Of a DNA stretch of 64,000 nucleotides, positions 1 through 15,480 are shown one piece after another. The DNA is from the human T2T-CHM13v2.0 reference genome, Homo sapiens: NCBI RefSeq assembly GCF_009914755.1, contig NC_060936.1, one strand, 5' to 3'. Position 1 is the first letter of the stretch; the number at the start of each line of letters is the position of its first letter. The translations under genes and the position numbers were made by a program. The notes beneath the pieces are model-generated. The model searched no databases. It had not been told where the DNA came from and saw only the letters and a program-made list of their open reading frames with translations.

Positions 1-1129
1 TGCTATATGAGCCAGAATGCCACTTCATTAATCAGATAGAAGAACTACCAGGCAGAAGAACACAAACATCACTGTTCAGGCATGCCCTATTCTTGTAGTC
101 AGGCCACTTGAGAAGTCAGATTATAATTAGAAGGCTGCTTTGGTGAGTACAAAGTCTGAGAAACAGTTATGCAAATCCACAAATCAAAGGTTCCCCTCCC
201 TTGGACATGGTTCAAGAAGTCTGCCAACCTCTGGTTCTTTTGGCCTTCACTTTCTACATTTTGGGCTAGCCAAGTAAATTATTATAGAATATGTATGAAG
301 CAATAGGTGAGCTTTGAGTTTATTAAATTACTATGAAATTCCAGTCCTGCCTTTCTCTTTTATGCCTCCTGGAGATTACCCAGGTCACCCTGGTTGGAAT
401 TTGGGGTATAACTCTACTCCCATTGTCAGAAATTTGTAGACAGTGTCATTTTACTCCCCCAATGCTATCTGTTAGGTACAGAATTTACCTGTTTTAGGCT
501 CACAAGGCAACCATAGTCCTCAAGTCTTCAAATTATTTGGGAGTGCCCTATTGTCATATATATGAACCCCTTATCAATGATATTTAGAGATCTGCAGGAT
601 GGAGAGGTAGAAAAGGTATGAACAGGAGATAGCAGTTACTAATCTAAAATGTAGACATAGGTAGGAGTTGCCAAAAGTTCCAAGCGATCTTTACACTGCA
701 TGAAAGAAACCATTCCCTCAAAGCTTGTCTTGTTCATTTCCTCAATCTGAAGCTGTCACCAACATGAACATTAATTGCTTCATGTGGTATTTTAAGGTGG
801 CTGAAGTAAAAAGGATATAGATGCCATTTGTAACATCTCAGTGTAGGTTGTGTAGGGCTCTTCTACCTTGGGTTTGTTTAGAGACGGTGGAACAAATTGT
901 TAACAGTGAATATTCATGAAGAGGAGGAGGGGAGACACTTTGACTTTCAGTTTGTATACTTCCATGTGTTTTGACTTTCCCCTTCAGTAGTTGCATACAA
1001 CTTTTGTAATGTTTTAAAAATCAGTTGAAAAAACTTAAAGGTTGGATAACAATATTGTAATATTTATCATTATTATTGTTGAGCTTTTGCCACTGGAACT
1101 GTTGCTGTTATTAGTATCCATGATATTAG

Positions 1130-1360
1130 GTAACACTTATTAAGGACCTCTTACATCCTGGATAATATAATAAGCATATTACAAAAATTATCCCTGACTT
1201 TTTACAGCAAGCCGGTAAAGTCAGAATTCTGATTATTCTCATTTCACCAATGCAAAATTGAGACTTAAGGAGGTTAGGTAACTTATCCTAATCTTGAAGA
1301 GGTAAGTGAAGGAGCCACAGTTTGAACTCTAGACTGTTCAACTCCAGAGCTGAAGCACTT
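1130..1360 (-). mobile_element. MIR SINE
   Basis: Antisense MIR core (ctcattt...gagacttaaggaggttaggtaactt...tttgaactctagactg). Confidence 0.65.
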
Positions 1361-1536
1361 TGTTATTATTAATACTTTATATCAAGTTACCCTGTTTCTG
1401 TACTCTCGATTAAAAGGTACCAAAGTTAAATACCAGTAATTGAGTATCTCTGGAAGGGTCAATGAGTAACTATCTCATTGGTTATGATATCTGAACTTTG
1501 AGCTAAGCAATGGAAAGGGTTATTATAGAAAAAGAA

Positions 1537-1655
1537 GGCCAGGTGCTGTGGCTCACTCCTGCAATCCCAGCACTTTAGGAGGCCAATGCTGGGCAGATTG
1601 CTTGAGCCCAGGAGTTTGAGACCAGCCTGGGCAATATAGTGAGACCCCATCTCTA
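1537..1655 (+). mobile_element. Alu left monomer (FLAM-like)
   Basis: ggccaggtgctgtggctcac...gagaccccatctct with no right arm. Confidence 0.8.
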
Positions 1656-1804
1656 TTTCTAATTTTTTTAAATTAAGATAATTTTAAAAATATTATCTAA
1701 AATATTATCTTACATTCATATGGCATTGCTTGAAAGGAGATTAAAATATGGTAAAAAATGTGTACTCAAAATGGCATTCAGTTTACTGCTTGCTAAGAAT
1801 TTAA

Positions 1805-2128
<324 letters not shown>

Positions 2129-2133
2129 TAAGG

Positions 2134-2448
2134 TTTTTTTTTGTTTTTGTTTTTGTTTTTTTTTTTGAGACGGAGTCTTGCTCTGTTGCCCAGGCTGGAG
2201 TGCACTGGCGCAATCTCGGCTCGCTGTAAGCTCCGCCTCCCGGGTTCACACCATTCTCCTGGCTCAGCTTCCTGAGTAGCTGGGACTACAGGCGCCTGCA
2301 ACCATGCCTGGCTAATTTTTTTGTATTTTTAGTAGAGACGGGGTTTCACCGTATTAGCCAGGATGGTCGCAATCTCCTGACCTCGTGATCCGCCTGCCTC
2401 GGCCTCCCAAAGTGCTGGGATTACAAGCGTGAGCCACTGCGCCCAGCC
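2134..2448 (-). mobile_element. AluY
   Basis: Full dimer, AluY-type diagnostics, CpG-rich, TSD aacataag(g/c)ttt. Confidence 0.88.
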
Positions 2449-2702
2449 AACATAAGCTTTTAATCAGAATGTTGTTTAAACTGTCAAAACACATCAATTT
2501 TATATGAGAATTCCTTTAGTAGCCAAATTGAGTTTATAATTTATTTCACAACAATGGGAAATGACAGCAGAATTTTAGAAGCACTAGAGTCTATCATGAT
2601 TTTTCCAGATTTGTTAATAACAGTATAAAATCTGGGCAAATGTACCATAACACTTTTACTGTTTTTAAATTTTTTTGTTGTTTTTCTTTTCTTAAACTTT
2701 AA

Positions 2703-3086
<384 letters not shown>

Positions 3087-3405
3087 TGATTTGAGATTCT
3101 TTAAAAAAACCAAAAAACCTCTTGATGTAATGTATTTTAGAGCCTTTTAAGAACTTTATTTAGTCTCTTTAAATAATAATTGGAAAATTTCTGTCGACTA
3201 TTAAATTGGTAATAATAAATAATATTTGCAGGAAATGTTAGCAAGACCTAGATAAGCAATACAGGAACATAGAGATTGATTTGCAAACATATCAGTAGGG
3301 AAGGAAAAGAGAGGGAACAATAGAATATTTATTGAGGGCCTGTTAGGATATCAGTGCTTTAAGATATATCTCAATTCTCCATTATCAACATTATCAACAA
3401 CTACA

Positions 3406-3647
3406 TAGGTTGAGCATCTCAAATCTGAAAATCCAAAATCCAAAATGCTCCAAAATCTCAAACTTTTTGAACACTGACATGATGCTCACAGGAAATGTTC
3501 ATTGGAACATTTCAGATTTACGATTTTCAGATTCGGGATGTTCAACTGTTAAGTCTATATAATGCAAATATTCCAAACTCTGAAAAAATTTGAAATCCAA
3601 AACACTTCTGGTCTCAAGCAATTCAAGTAAAGAGAATACTCAACCTA
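3406..3647. mobile_element. Tigger4a/MER46A-type MITE inserted in a MIR
   Basis: TIRs taggttgagcat...atactcaaccta and internal aaaatcc repeats. Confidence 0.75.
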
Positions 3648-3958
3648 TACTGCTTCTTTTTGTCCTCTGATGCTTCTCTTCCTCTTCGTCCCCTTCTTTT
3701 CTTTCTACCCATCCTATCCCCCATCATCACCTTCTCCTCCTTTTTTTTCTCCTCTTCTTCATCATCATTGTAACAGCTAGCATATTTTAGATACCTACTA
3801 CAGAGCACTATTCTAACTGCTTTACACGGATTGCCACTTAGTACTCCTAATAATCATATAAATTGGTTCTTTTATTATTTATATCTTATAAAGAAACTAA
3901 AGCACAAAGAAGTTAGATAAATTAACTACAGTCACATGGCTTAAGAGTAGCAGAATTG

Positions 3959-4106
3959 GGCCTGGCAAGGTGGCTCATGCCTGTCATCCCAACTACTAGA
4001 GAGGCTGAGATGGGAGGATCACTTGAGCCTGGAGTTGGAGGCTGCAGTAGGCTATGATCACACCATTGTACTCTAGCCTGGTTGATAGAGCAAAACCTTG
4101 TCTCTG

Positions 4107-4110
<4 letters not shown>
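3959..4110 (+). mobile_element. Alu monomer (FAM/FRAM-like)
   Basis: Single Alu arm ending in a GA tail. Confidence 0.7.

Positions 4111-4166
<56 letters not shown>
4111..4166 (+). repeat. (GA)28 microsatellite
   Basis: Perfect GA run, seen directly. Confidence 0.95.
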
Positions 4167-4168
<2 letters not shown>

Positions 4169-4374
4169 CAGAACCAAGATTGAAACCAGGCAGTCTGGCT
4201 TCATTGAACCATTCTGCTTCATTGCTTAAAATGTCAAGAGTTACCGAGGAGAAAATACTGTTTTCTAAAAAGCTACAGTCTTTAGATTGCATTAAAGAGA
4301 ATGCTTTCTTTAAATTAGTCTTGATTAGATAGGTACCTTGCTGTCCTTGCCTTTATGTGTTTGCTGATTATTAA

Positions 4375-4662
<288 letters not shown>

Positions 4663-5010
4663 TAGGGAAAAGAAAGAAAAAAATGTTAACAATGAAAACA
4701 AATCCAAAGACACAGGGTGTTGAGGGACTAGAAATGATAGGGCAAAGTCTCTTTCACAATTTTGGTTTTCTTATTCTTTTGTATTAAATTAATTGAAAGA
4801 GAATTAGTCCCGCGCAGCAATGATTAGAAGCCATGTGGGGAAGATACAATAGTGCAGAGAACAGACGTTTTTGTGTGAGCCATTACCTAATCCCAGAAAA
4901 GCAAGACGTTTGGGATCAGATCATTTTAATACAATTCCTTCCATTCATTTTCCTATTCCATTTGAGGAGTAATTGTACAAATCTGACTATACACACGACC
5001 TACTTTCTTA

Positions 5011-5400
<390 letters not shown>

Positions 5401-6228
5401 TCAAAATTTTCTGTGCTTTGTTTCTAAGGCTCTCCCATCCTATCAGTGTACTCACATATTCTGTTAGGTGTGTATTTGCTCCACACTCTCATCAACCATG
5501 TTTCTCCTTTGATTGACATCAGGAAGAGGTTGGAAGGCTAGAGAAGGGTTCTCTCAGTATAGTCCTCCCAGCACTCTTCATGCCTCAGAAAATCTATGTG
5601 CCCTTCCTCCCCCTCTCCATCAGTCAGAATATTTGTTCTCCATTTTGTTAGTCTCATTTAGATTTTAAGGACGAAGCAATCTGATCTTAATTCTCACTAA
5701 AGGGTCAATAACTCTACACGCACACACAGACAGTAAACATGTTTTTTAAAGAGTGTAGGTTTTATTCTAAATTGGGTTCTAACTGGGGAAGTTTCTGATT
5801 GCATTGAGTGGGTTGAAAAGAAATGCATGCAGTAGGGGAGATTTTGTAAATCTTTGTGTGCCTCCTTTGTGCCAGCCCCATGCTCAACCCTGCGTTTACA
5901 GTACTGTGGCCACAGACATGATCCCTACTCCCAAGGACGTCATAGATCAGTCTTGGAGGGGAACCACTGGGAAGGCAGGCCCAACCTGCCAGTTTCATGC
6001 CCTCTCTGCTTTTCATGTTCTCTCTTCCACTTCTGAAGCAATTCCAGAGGTATTGACAGAAAATTACTGAGAACCCATTTATTCAAAGAGGCCATTTGTA
6101 ATCAAGGGTCCCATGTCTCTCATCATATAAATGATCCATTAAAGTCATTTAGCAAGTCACTTAGAACCTTTCAAAGATTGTCTCCTTTGGAGGAAAAAGC
6201 CTATTTTGTTCTTTTTTTAAAATCAAGT

Positions 6229-6501
<273 letters not shown>

Positions 6502-6854
6502 ACTTTATTTCATTTCCACAGGTTGAAACTGGTGAGTCCAGCTAAATTTGCAATTCCAACTTTCATCCTAAGAATAATAACTGTAATGGCAAAGCGGAAA
6601 TGCCAGTTCCTCCTGTATTCCATTGAGATGGGATTTCACATTTTCCTCTCATCAACTCCCCTGTAATAGCTAGCGTCTTTCTAGTGAAAGAGAAGAATTC
6701 CTAGAACTTATGCATTTTTTTCCTGCTGAATGGAAGTCTTGAGCAATGAAGCTATATTGTCCCTACATATTACTATATATTGAACTGAAAGTTCTTACAT
6801 AATCAATGTCAAGTTTTGTCTTATTTTGTTTTGTTTGTTTAAACCAGTGTAGGA

Positions 6855-6860
6855 AATAAA
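6855..6860 (+). terminator. Candidate proximal polyadenylation signal of TMEM19
   Basis: AATAAA ~350 nt after the stop, preceded by TGTA and a T-rich tract. Confidence 0.4.
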
Positions 6861-7817
6861 AGTGATGATATTTAAAATAGTTCTCAGTTGAAGCAGAGAA
6901 ATGCCACTGTGCTAGTTGCCCAAATGTTGTATCTATTTTAAATAGTTTAAGCTGATGTGTATGGGAGCCTAAACAAGTGTAGTATCCTGAACTTCTCCCA
7001 TTAATTGCTATTCACAATTGGGAAAAGTGTGGAGATTGGTTCCTAGTGAGTTTTGTGGCCTACTCCACATTTGTTCTTCCTTCCTCAGGGTTAGTGATGA
7101 AAAAAAGTAAATATCTTTTTCATATGTCCATTAGAATGTATGAAAAAAATCATTTTAACTAAAAGCAAAAGAATTTTATCTTATATCTAAAAAATATATA
7201 ACTTACTATATGTTTCAGTTGCTCTCTGAACAAAAATTATCTTCAATTTAATATGTGGAATGTGTTTTCTAGCTTTCTTTGAATTATGTATGGCAACCTG
7301 GTTTAGCACTGGCATCCTGAACAGTTAAGAGTCACTGGGAAATTATTGTATTTCTTTATAAATTTACTGTCATATCAATTGCTGGAAAATGCTATGATTT
7401 TTCTATTATTACCTTCTAAGTTGTATTCTCTCTTACACTGTAGCCTCAACTAAGGCAATTCTGCTATGTTTGTTCTTCACTATGATTTACTGTGTGCCAA
7501 AGGAGTTTTGACAGGGTACAGAGTATTTTACTAAAAGTATTTTTAAATGTTTCTCATGTGATTTCTGTACCTTCTTCCTCCTGCCCCTTTTGCTTTTTTA
7601 AAGAAACTGGGGAAGGATTTATGAATACACCACCACCAGAGTGGATAATGCTTAGAATTCTTTATTGGTGGCCCTACTATGGTGATGATCTAGAACTGAC
7701 TTACTTCAGGACAGAAGAAAAAACAATCACACCCTTAACCTTTAAGCCAGTTAGATCAGGGGGTTGCAACAATTGGGTTAAACTTTGGGTATACATTGGA
7801 AGCACCAGGGCATGTTT

Positions 7818-8119
7818 GCTTTTTTTGTTTATGTGTTTGTTTTTTGAGACAGAGTCTCACACTGTGGCCCAGGCTGGACTCCAGCACAGTGGCATGATCT
7901 CAGCTCCGCCTCCTGGGTTCACGTGATTCTCATGCCTCAGCCTCCCAAGTAGCTGGGATCACAGGCGTGCACCATCACGCCCGGCTAATTTTTGTATTTT
8001 CAGTAGAGACAGGGTTTCGCCACGTTGGCTAGGCTGGTCTCGAACTCCTGACCTCAAGTGATCTGCCCATCTCAGCCTCCCAAAGATCTATTACAAGATG
8101 TGAGCCACTGTGCCCAGCC
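7818..8119 (-). mobile_element. AluS, antisense in the TMEM19 3'UTR
   Basis: Full dimer, TSD accagggcatgttt. Confidence 0.9.
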
Positions 8120-8747
<628 letters not shown>

Positions 8748-9539
8748 CTAGAACTACATAAGAATGTCCTAAAGCACTGTATCTAAGCACTTGAAAAGAA
8801 TGGGACTTTTCGGTTTTAGGGAGATAACTATTAGCAACCACACAATATGTTATCTTTATGGATGAATAACTTCTGGTAATGACACAGTGTCTTACAGCTA
8901 CATCATTTATAAAATCATGTGTCAGTTTTCACACAGCCTGCACATCGTTCTGACATGCCCTTTTTTTCCCTGGAGATTTATCCTCATGACATACAAGGGG
9001 ACAAAAATATTTATTGGGACTGTCTTTGAATTTAGTAGAATCACTGTATCATTAACAGTTTGGGGAAGTACTGCTTTGCAGTCCTTTATTTGAAAACTTA
9101 GGTCTAGCTGTGTTTTGCATCAAAATTTTTGAGCTATTCAAAAACTAATAGGATCTGTGTAAAATATTTCACTCAAAACTACTAAAAAAAAGTCTGGGAT
9201 GGCAGCTCATTATCAAATATACTCCTATTTTTGTGGTGATTTATGAACATCCCCACTAAGTATAACTAAAGATCATAAAGAGCCTCAGATCAAGTTTGGT
9301 CAGGTTTTGTCACCAAGCTTTGTAAATAAACTGGTTTTCATAGCTTTTTGGAGATGAGAATTGAGGATAAGAAATTGTGTCTCTGTCCTTTTTTTTTTTT
9401 TTTGTTAAGTCTTACATGTATTTTACTGTAACATCTTTTGAATTGGATATTTAACTAATTCAACATATTTTTCCTCTTTGCAGAATGGGCAGTTCATGTT
9501 AAAATCACTTTTCATGGAAAGAGCTCTATGTAACAGCAT

Positions 9540-9545
9540 AATAAA
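9540..9545 (+). terminator. Candidate distal polyadenylation signal of TMEM19
   Basis: AATAAA with upstream TGTA elements and downstream GT/T-rich sequence (ggtgtactgtttctt). Confidence 0.6.
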
Positions 9546-10066
9546 ACTGCCTACCTAGCAGCATAAAGGTGTACTGTTTCTTATCATACTGTTCCATGAT
9601 AGAAGAGAGCAGATATATGTGGCTTGGGGCAGCTCCTGAAGAAGACTTGCAGGAGTAGCATGTTGAAAACTCATTAAATGGAGCCACCAAGAGACCAAAG
9701 AATTGATACAGCAGGTCATTCTATTATTAGCTTTTCTCATTACTTGAGTTATCTGTTTCTCACATATATCTTTCCTGTTTCTAGCTGCTGTACACATAGG
9801 ATGCTGCCTGCAGAAATAGCAGCCCCGCCCCAATTAGATAAAGGACTAGTATAGAGAAAAAGCATGTGAAATGATGTTTTAAACTTTGCCGCATACCTGT
9901 GATATGAACAGCTGCTGCCTGTTAGGCACAGTGGGTATACTAGGGCCCAATCATCTGATCTTCCTGAAGTTTTATGTAATGTTCCCAGTGCTATCACAAT
10001 GAGAATGATCTATACTAGCCACCAGATCTCAGGTGAATTGTGGTGTGCTTTAAAAATGAAAACACA

Positions 10067-10340
10067 GCCGGACGAGGTGGCTTATGCCTGTAATCCTAAC
10101 ACTTTGGGAGGCCGAGGCGGGCAGATCACGAGGTCAGGAGTTCAAGACCAGCCCGGCCAACACAGTGAAACCCCATCTCTTAGCCGGGCATGGTGGCGCA
10201 TGCCTGTAGTCCCAGCTATTCAGGAGGCTGAGGCGTGAGAATCACTTGAACCCAGGAGGCAGAGGTTTCAGTAAGCAGAGAGCGTGCCACCGCACTCCAG
10301 CCTGGGTGACAGAGCAAGACTCCATCTTGAAAAAAAAAGG
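10067..10340 (+). mobile_element. AluS (Sg-like) lacking the central A-rich linker
   Basis: ccccatctct joined directly to tagccgggc; TSD gaaaacaca. Confidence 0.85.
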
Positions 10341-10789
10341 AAAACACAATTATGTGGCTTAATTATTTAATCTCCTTTATGGAGTATCTGTTTTTATAAC
10401 TCCAAGTGGTTCTTGATATTTTAAAAATACTTAAGCATTCAATATGTATTCATTGAATTAAGTTGTTTGACTCTAATCATTGTTTCTTTTAAGAATGACT
10501 GGAAGGTGATAATCAGCACCATATTCCTGGAGGAAAATACAAAATGAAAAACCAGTTTGGCTACCTGAATTTCTGAGAACTGGAATGTTTCCAGCATTTT
10601 TCAATCATGCAAAACAATATTAATGCTTTTGAAACTAATGAGCCAGGAAATTATTGAAGAAGTGAAGGAGTGGCAGGGCGAGGCTTGAAATTATTTTCTC
10701 TGACAAGACTTCACTCTCCATTTATCATAACTGCCCTCTTCAAAAAAAAAATTTTTTTTTGTAGATCTAATCGTGAATCTAGACAAGAT

Positions 10790-11113
10790 TTATTTTTATT
10801 TATTTTTTATTTTTTTGAGACAGGGTCTTACCCTATTGCCCAGGCTGGAGTGCGGTGGCACAGTCATAGCTTACTGCAGCTTCAACTTCCTCAGCTCAAG
10901 TCATCCTCCCGCCTCAGCCCCCAAGTAGCTGGGACTACAGACTTGCACTACTACACCCGGCTACTTTTTTTTTTTATTTTAATTTTTTGCAGAGATGAAT
11001 CCAGACTATGTCCTATGTTGTCCATAATGGGTTTGAACTCCTGAGCGCAAGTGATCTTCTCACCTCAGCCTTCCAAAGTGTGAGATTACAGGTGCAAGCC
11101 ACCACACCCAGCC
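10790..11113 (-). mobile_element. AluJ
   Basis: Diverged antisense dimer. Confidence 0.8.
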
Positions 11114-11222
11114 AAAAATTTATTTTATAAATATGGCAACTCTTTTTTTAAGTTTGGATTTTTAAATTTTTATTAATATTAAATAATACACTGACTATTC
11201 CTTTTTAAAAATTACAACATTA

Positions 11223-11530
11223 GGCCAGATGTGGTAGCTCATGTTTATGATCCCAGCACTTTGGGAAGCCAAGGTGGGAGAATCACCTAAGGCCAGGAGT
11301 TTGAGACCAGCCTGGGCAGCACAGCAAGACCCCGTCTCTACAAAAAATAAAAAATTAGCCAAATGTGGTGTGTACACCTGTAGTCCCAGCCACTCAGGAA
11401 GCTGAGGTGGGAGGATTGTTTGAGCATGGGAGTTGGAGGCTACAGGGAGCCATAATTGCGCCACTGCACTCCAACCTGGGTGACAGAAACTCTGTCTCAA
11501 TTTAAAAAGTAATAATAAAAATAAATAAAA
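11223..11530 (+). mobile_element. AluJ
   Basis: Dimer, TSD aaaaattacaacattag. Confidence 0.85.
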
Positions 11531-11556
11531 ATTACAACATTAGACATAAAGCTAAA

Positions 11557-11716
<160 letters not shown>

Positions 11717-11802
11717 TATTCTTTTGCCCCCACTATCTCCTCAGCAACTCTGAGCTCCTCCTATCTTCCCCAAGCTAATTACTGATATAAATTTGGGATA
11801 TG

Positions 11803-12105
11803 GGCCAGGCACAGTGGCTTATGCCTATAATCCCAGCACTTTAGGTGGTTGAAGCAGGAGGATTGCATGAGGCCAGTAGTTTGAGACCAGCCTGGTCAAC
11901 ATAGTAAGACCCCCATCACTACAAAAAAATTTAAAATTAACCAGGTGTAGTGGTGTGTGCTTGTAGTCCCAGCTACCCAGGAGGCTAAGGCAAGAGGATT
12001 GCTTAAGCCCAGGAGTTCAAGGCAGCAGTGAACTATGATTGTACCCCTGTACTCCAATCTGGGCAGCAGAGTGAGACCCTATCTTTAAAAAATAAAAATA
12101 AATAA
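11803..12105 (+). mobile_element. AluJ
   Basis: Diverged dimer. Confidence 0.8.
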
Positions 12106-12239
12106 ATTTGCAATATTTTGTACATAATTTGTTTAAGTGTGTTTTAACACATTTTAAACTCAATGAAATTGTTATAATTAGTATTGTCTTTTTGCTGCTT
12201 CAAGTCAGGTGCTTACATCCTAGAAAAATCTAGGAAGAA

Positions 12240-12545
12240 GGCCGGGCACGGTGGCTCATGCCTGTAATCCTAGCACTTTGGAAGTCCGGGGCAGGCAGAT
12301 CACTTGAGGTCAAGAGTTCGAGACCAGTCTGGCCAACATGGTGAAACCCTTCTCTACTAAAAAATACAAAAATTAGCCGGGTGTAGTGGTACATGCCTGT
12401 AGTCCCAGCTACTCAGTTGGCTGGCTGAGGCACGAGAATCACTTGAACCCAGGAGGCAAAGGTTGCAGTGAGTTGAGATTGCACCACTGTACTCCAGTCT
12501 GGGCAACAGAGTAAGACTCCATCTCAGAAATAAAATAAAATAAAA
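12240..12545 (+). mobile_element. AluS
   Basis: Dimer, TSD aaaatctaggaagaa. Confidence 0.88.
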
Positions 12546-12891
12546 ATCTAGGAAGAAAGATTAGAAGGATGTACACCAAAATATTCTTGTTATCTGAGAT
12601 AATTACAGATGTATTTAATGCTATTAAAAATACACATACAAAACTAATTTTAGGTTTTTTCTAAAGTCTGTAATCAAATTTGTTTTTTCTATGAATCAAA
12701 AACATGCTCAAAGTAAACAAAATAATCTCTGGGAATCACCCTTCTTTCCCTTCCACCCCCTCCTCATTATTTCAAATCTTATTTCTTCTCTTTATAAACT
12801 ACTTTATTAACAATGAACTGAAAGAGTAAAATGGAATTTTAGTATAACATAAAAGTAACAGTGGATACTCAAGGGAATTTTTTGATACCTT

Positions 12892-13751
12892 TAAGACGGG
12901 ATATTTCCCTTGACCTCTTCACAGGACTTGTGAAGGGGTAGCTCATTTACTCAGCCCAAAGCTCTGAACCCCTCAAGAAGCGGAAGCACACAGGTGAGCA
13001 GGTGCAGGAGCCGGGGCGAACAAATGCTGGAACCATCTGGTCACTCCTCTCTGGTAGGATCAAGCTTTGAGCAGGCCTCGCGGCAGAGTCCAAGCATGTT
13101 ACAATGCTCTTTTAGCTCTGCCTTCCGGGAGGGGGTGTCTGTGACCCCCAGAGCCCCAGAGGGCATGTGTTACAATCAGTGCTCTTTTAGCGTTTGCTGT
13201 TCGCAGATGGCTAAGTGTTCACCACCTCAGTGGAGGGTGAGGGTCACAGCCTTTTATACTCTTCCCTCTTGGTACTCAAGTTCTTGTCTGTCATCCAGGA
13301 AGAATCAGGTCACAAGAACCAGTTGAAGGGTGGTGTATGCGGATAATTTTATTGAGAGATGGAAGTGGCTCTCAGTGGGAAGGGGAGCTGGAGAGGGATG
13401 GAGTGAGCAGATAATCTTCCCCTGGAGTTTGGCCATGCCTGGCCAAACTCTTCTCTGAAGTCCTGCCATCAAGCCATCCCTCTGAAGTCAAGCTGCTTTT
13501 CTCCAGCTGCTTCTCTTCTCTCCTCCTCTGCCGCTCCGCTCTGCTCTCCTGCCAGTGGAGCTTGGGGGTTTTATGGGTACAGGGTAGGGGGTGGGACAGG
13601 CCAGGGTGGTTTTGGAAAAGGCAACATTTGGGTGGGAAAACAGGGATGTGAAGTTCTCATTTAAGGCCTCTGGTCCAAGCTTGAGGGTGGAGCCCTCACC
13701 AGGGACCACACCCTTTTCTACCTAGTATTTCCCTGCTTCCTGTTTGTATCA
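12892..13751 (-). mobile_element. ERV1 solo LTR (MER52/LTR27/LTR28/LTR1 group)
   Basis: Minus strand begins TGATACAAACAGGAAGCAGGGAAATACTAGGTAGAAAAGGG; 4-bp TSD cctt. Confidence 0.75.
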
Positions 13752-15009
13752 CCTTCACTTTCAGATTCTTGTAGGAATTAATGTAAGTATCACATATCTT
13801 CTTGCCCATGTAGCGAATCTGGTATGAGACTGGGGTTTTGGCAAATTTTTCAAATTCTTCTGATCTTGTTTAGCTATTTGCATTTGGAATAATACGTGGC
13901 AAACACCTTATTGCATGACAAGATTCTCAACACATTGTCATAGAATTCTAGAATAAAGAACCTTGAGGAACCTTTTTACCTCATTGCCCAGACTTGAAGC
14001 TAAAAAATACATATACTATCTCATATGGGTGAGTATAATCTTATCCAACTCTTGAATGCTTCCTTTCCTTTATATACCCATCCATTATGGCTGGAATTCT
14101 TTTCTACTCCCTTACTGATCCTTAAAAAACCAGCTCAATAACACTTCCTCTGAGAAGCTTTTCCAGAGTGTAAGAATTTTCTCTTTCCATTAAAAATTAT
14201 TTGAACATATTTCTAATGGCTGGGCAATCCAGCTTAGAGATCACCATACTTTCATTTGTTATTTGAGGGCATTTAGTTTTTTATTCTATATGTGTTATAA
14301 TAAATAGCATAGTGATGACTGGTTTATGGAAAAGTCTTGGACTACCTTGTGTAATTGTTGCATCAAAGGCTTTTGTTAAGCATTACTTAATTGCTCTTTG
14401 GAAAGATTTCAGCAGTTTCTAATAACTCAGTGTATGAGCGTACTGGTCTCACTGCAGCTTCAGCAGCACTGAATATTATTGCTTCCTTAATCTTTGCCAT
14501 TTAGATTAAAAAATGGTGTCCTGTTTTTAATTTCTAAGAAATGAATCTTGAAGGAGGACACAGAAAACTGCACAGTCTATGTAGTCTTCCAAAGGAAAAG
14601 CATTTTGGAATATAATAGTAGTAGTTTATGCTGTGCCGGGTACTGTTTTAAACACTTTTCATACATTAACTTACTTGATTCTCACAACAACCATATGAGG
14701 TAAGTACATTATTCATTTTTGTACCAATAACAAAACTGAGCTCAAAAAGGTTAAGTAAGAAAGCATAGGTGATAGACACTCAGATTAACTAAAGATAGAA
14801 GAAAATACTGAGCAGTTGGGGAATTATTATTTGTGTTGTAATAGCAAAACTATAGCTCGTTCAGCCAGCACTGAGATTTTCCAAAAGACAAAAAAAAAAT
14901 CCAGTGGGTAATTGTGCTAATGGGACAGGAGAATTGAGAGAATTGAACTATTCCCATTCAGCAGCCCCTCTAATTGCCCTCTGACTGAAGTTTTTGTTTT
15001 TTCTAAAGC

Positions 15010-15480
15010 AAGACTCTATTAAGAGTGAAAAAGTTACTTCCAGAGTAGTAGAAGATATCTGCAGCATGTAGGTCCAACAAGGGATTCATATGCAGAGTAT
15101 AAAGCAAACACCTGCAAATTAATAAGAAAAGACCCATCAACTCAATAGAAAAATGAGCAAAACACTTAAACAGTCACTTCATAAAAGAGGATATCCAAAT
15201 GGCCAATAAACATCTGAAAAGGTGCTTAACATCTTTAGTCATCAGGGAAATGCAAATTAAAACCACACTGGATACCCCACCTACCAGAATAGCTAAAGTG
15301 AAAAACAATAGAAAATACTAAATTGTTGAGGAGATGCAGTTCAAATAGAACTCTTGTACTGCTACAGGGAATATGTTTAGTACAACCACTTTGTAAAAGT
15401 GTTTAGCAGTATCTGCTAAAGTTGAACACATACACTTTGACCCATTGATCTCATGCCGAGGGCATATTCTCAAACGAAAT
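15010..15480 (+). mobile_element. Old L1M ORF2 3' fragment
   Basis: aaatggccaataaacatctgaaaaggtgc...atcagggaaatgcaaattaaaaccaca. Confidence 0.75.

Noticed and set aside
1-900. Intronic sequence with a short stretch reminiscent of CR1/L3 (near 563-615)
   Set aside because: Similarity too short and diverged to support without a Dfam search
7492-7926. 144-aa ORF in the TMEM19 3'UTR
   Set aside because: Non-ATG start, runs into an antisense Alu, no domain
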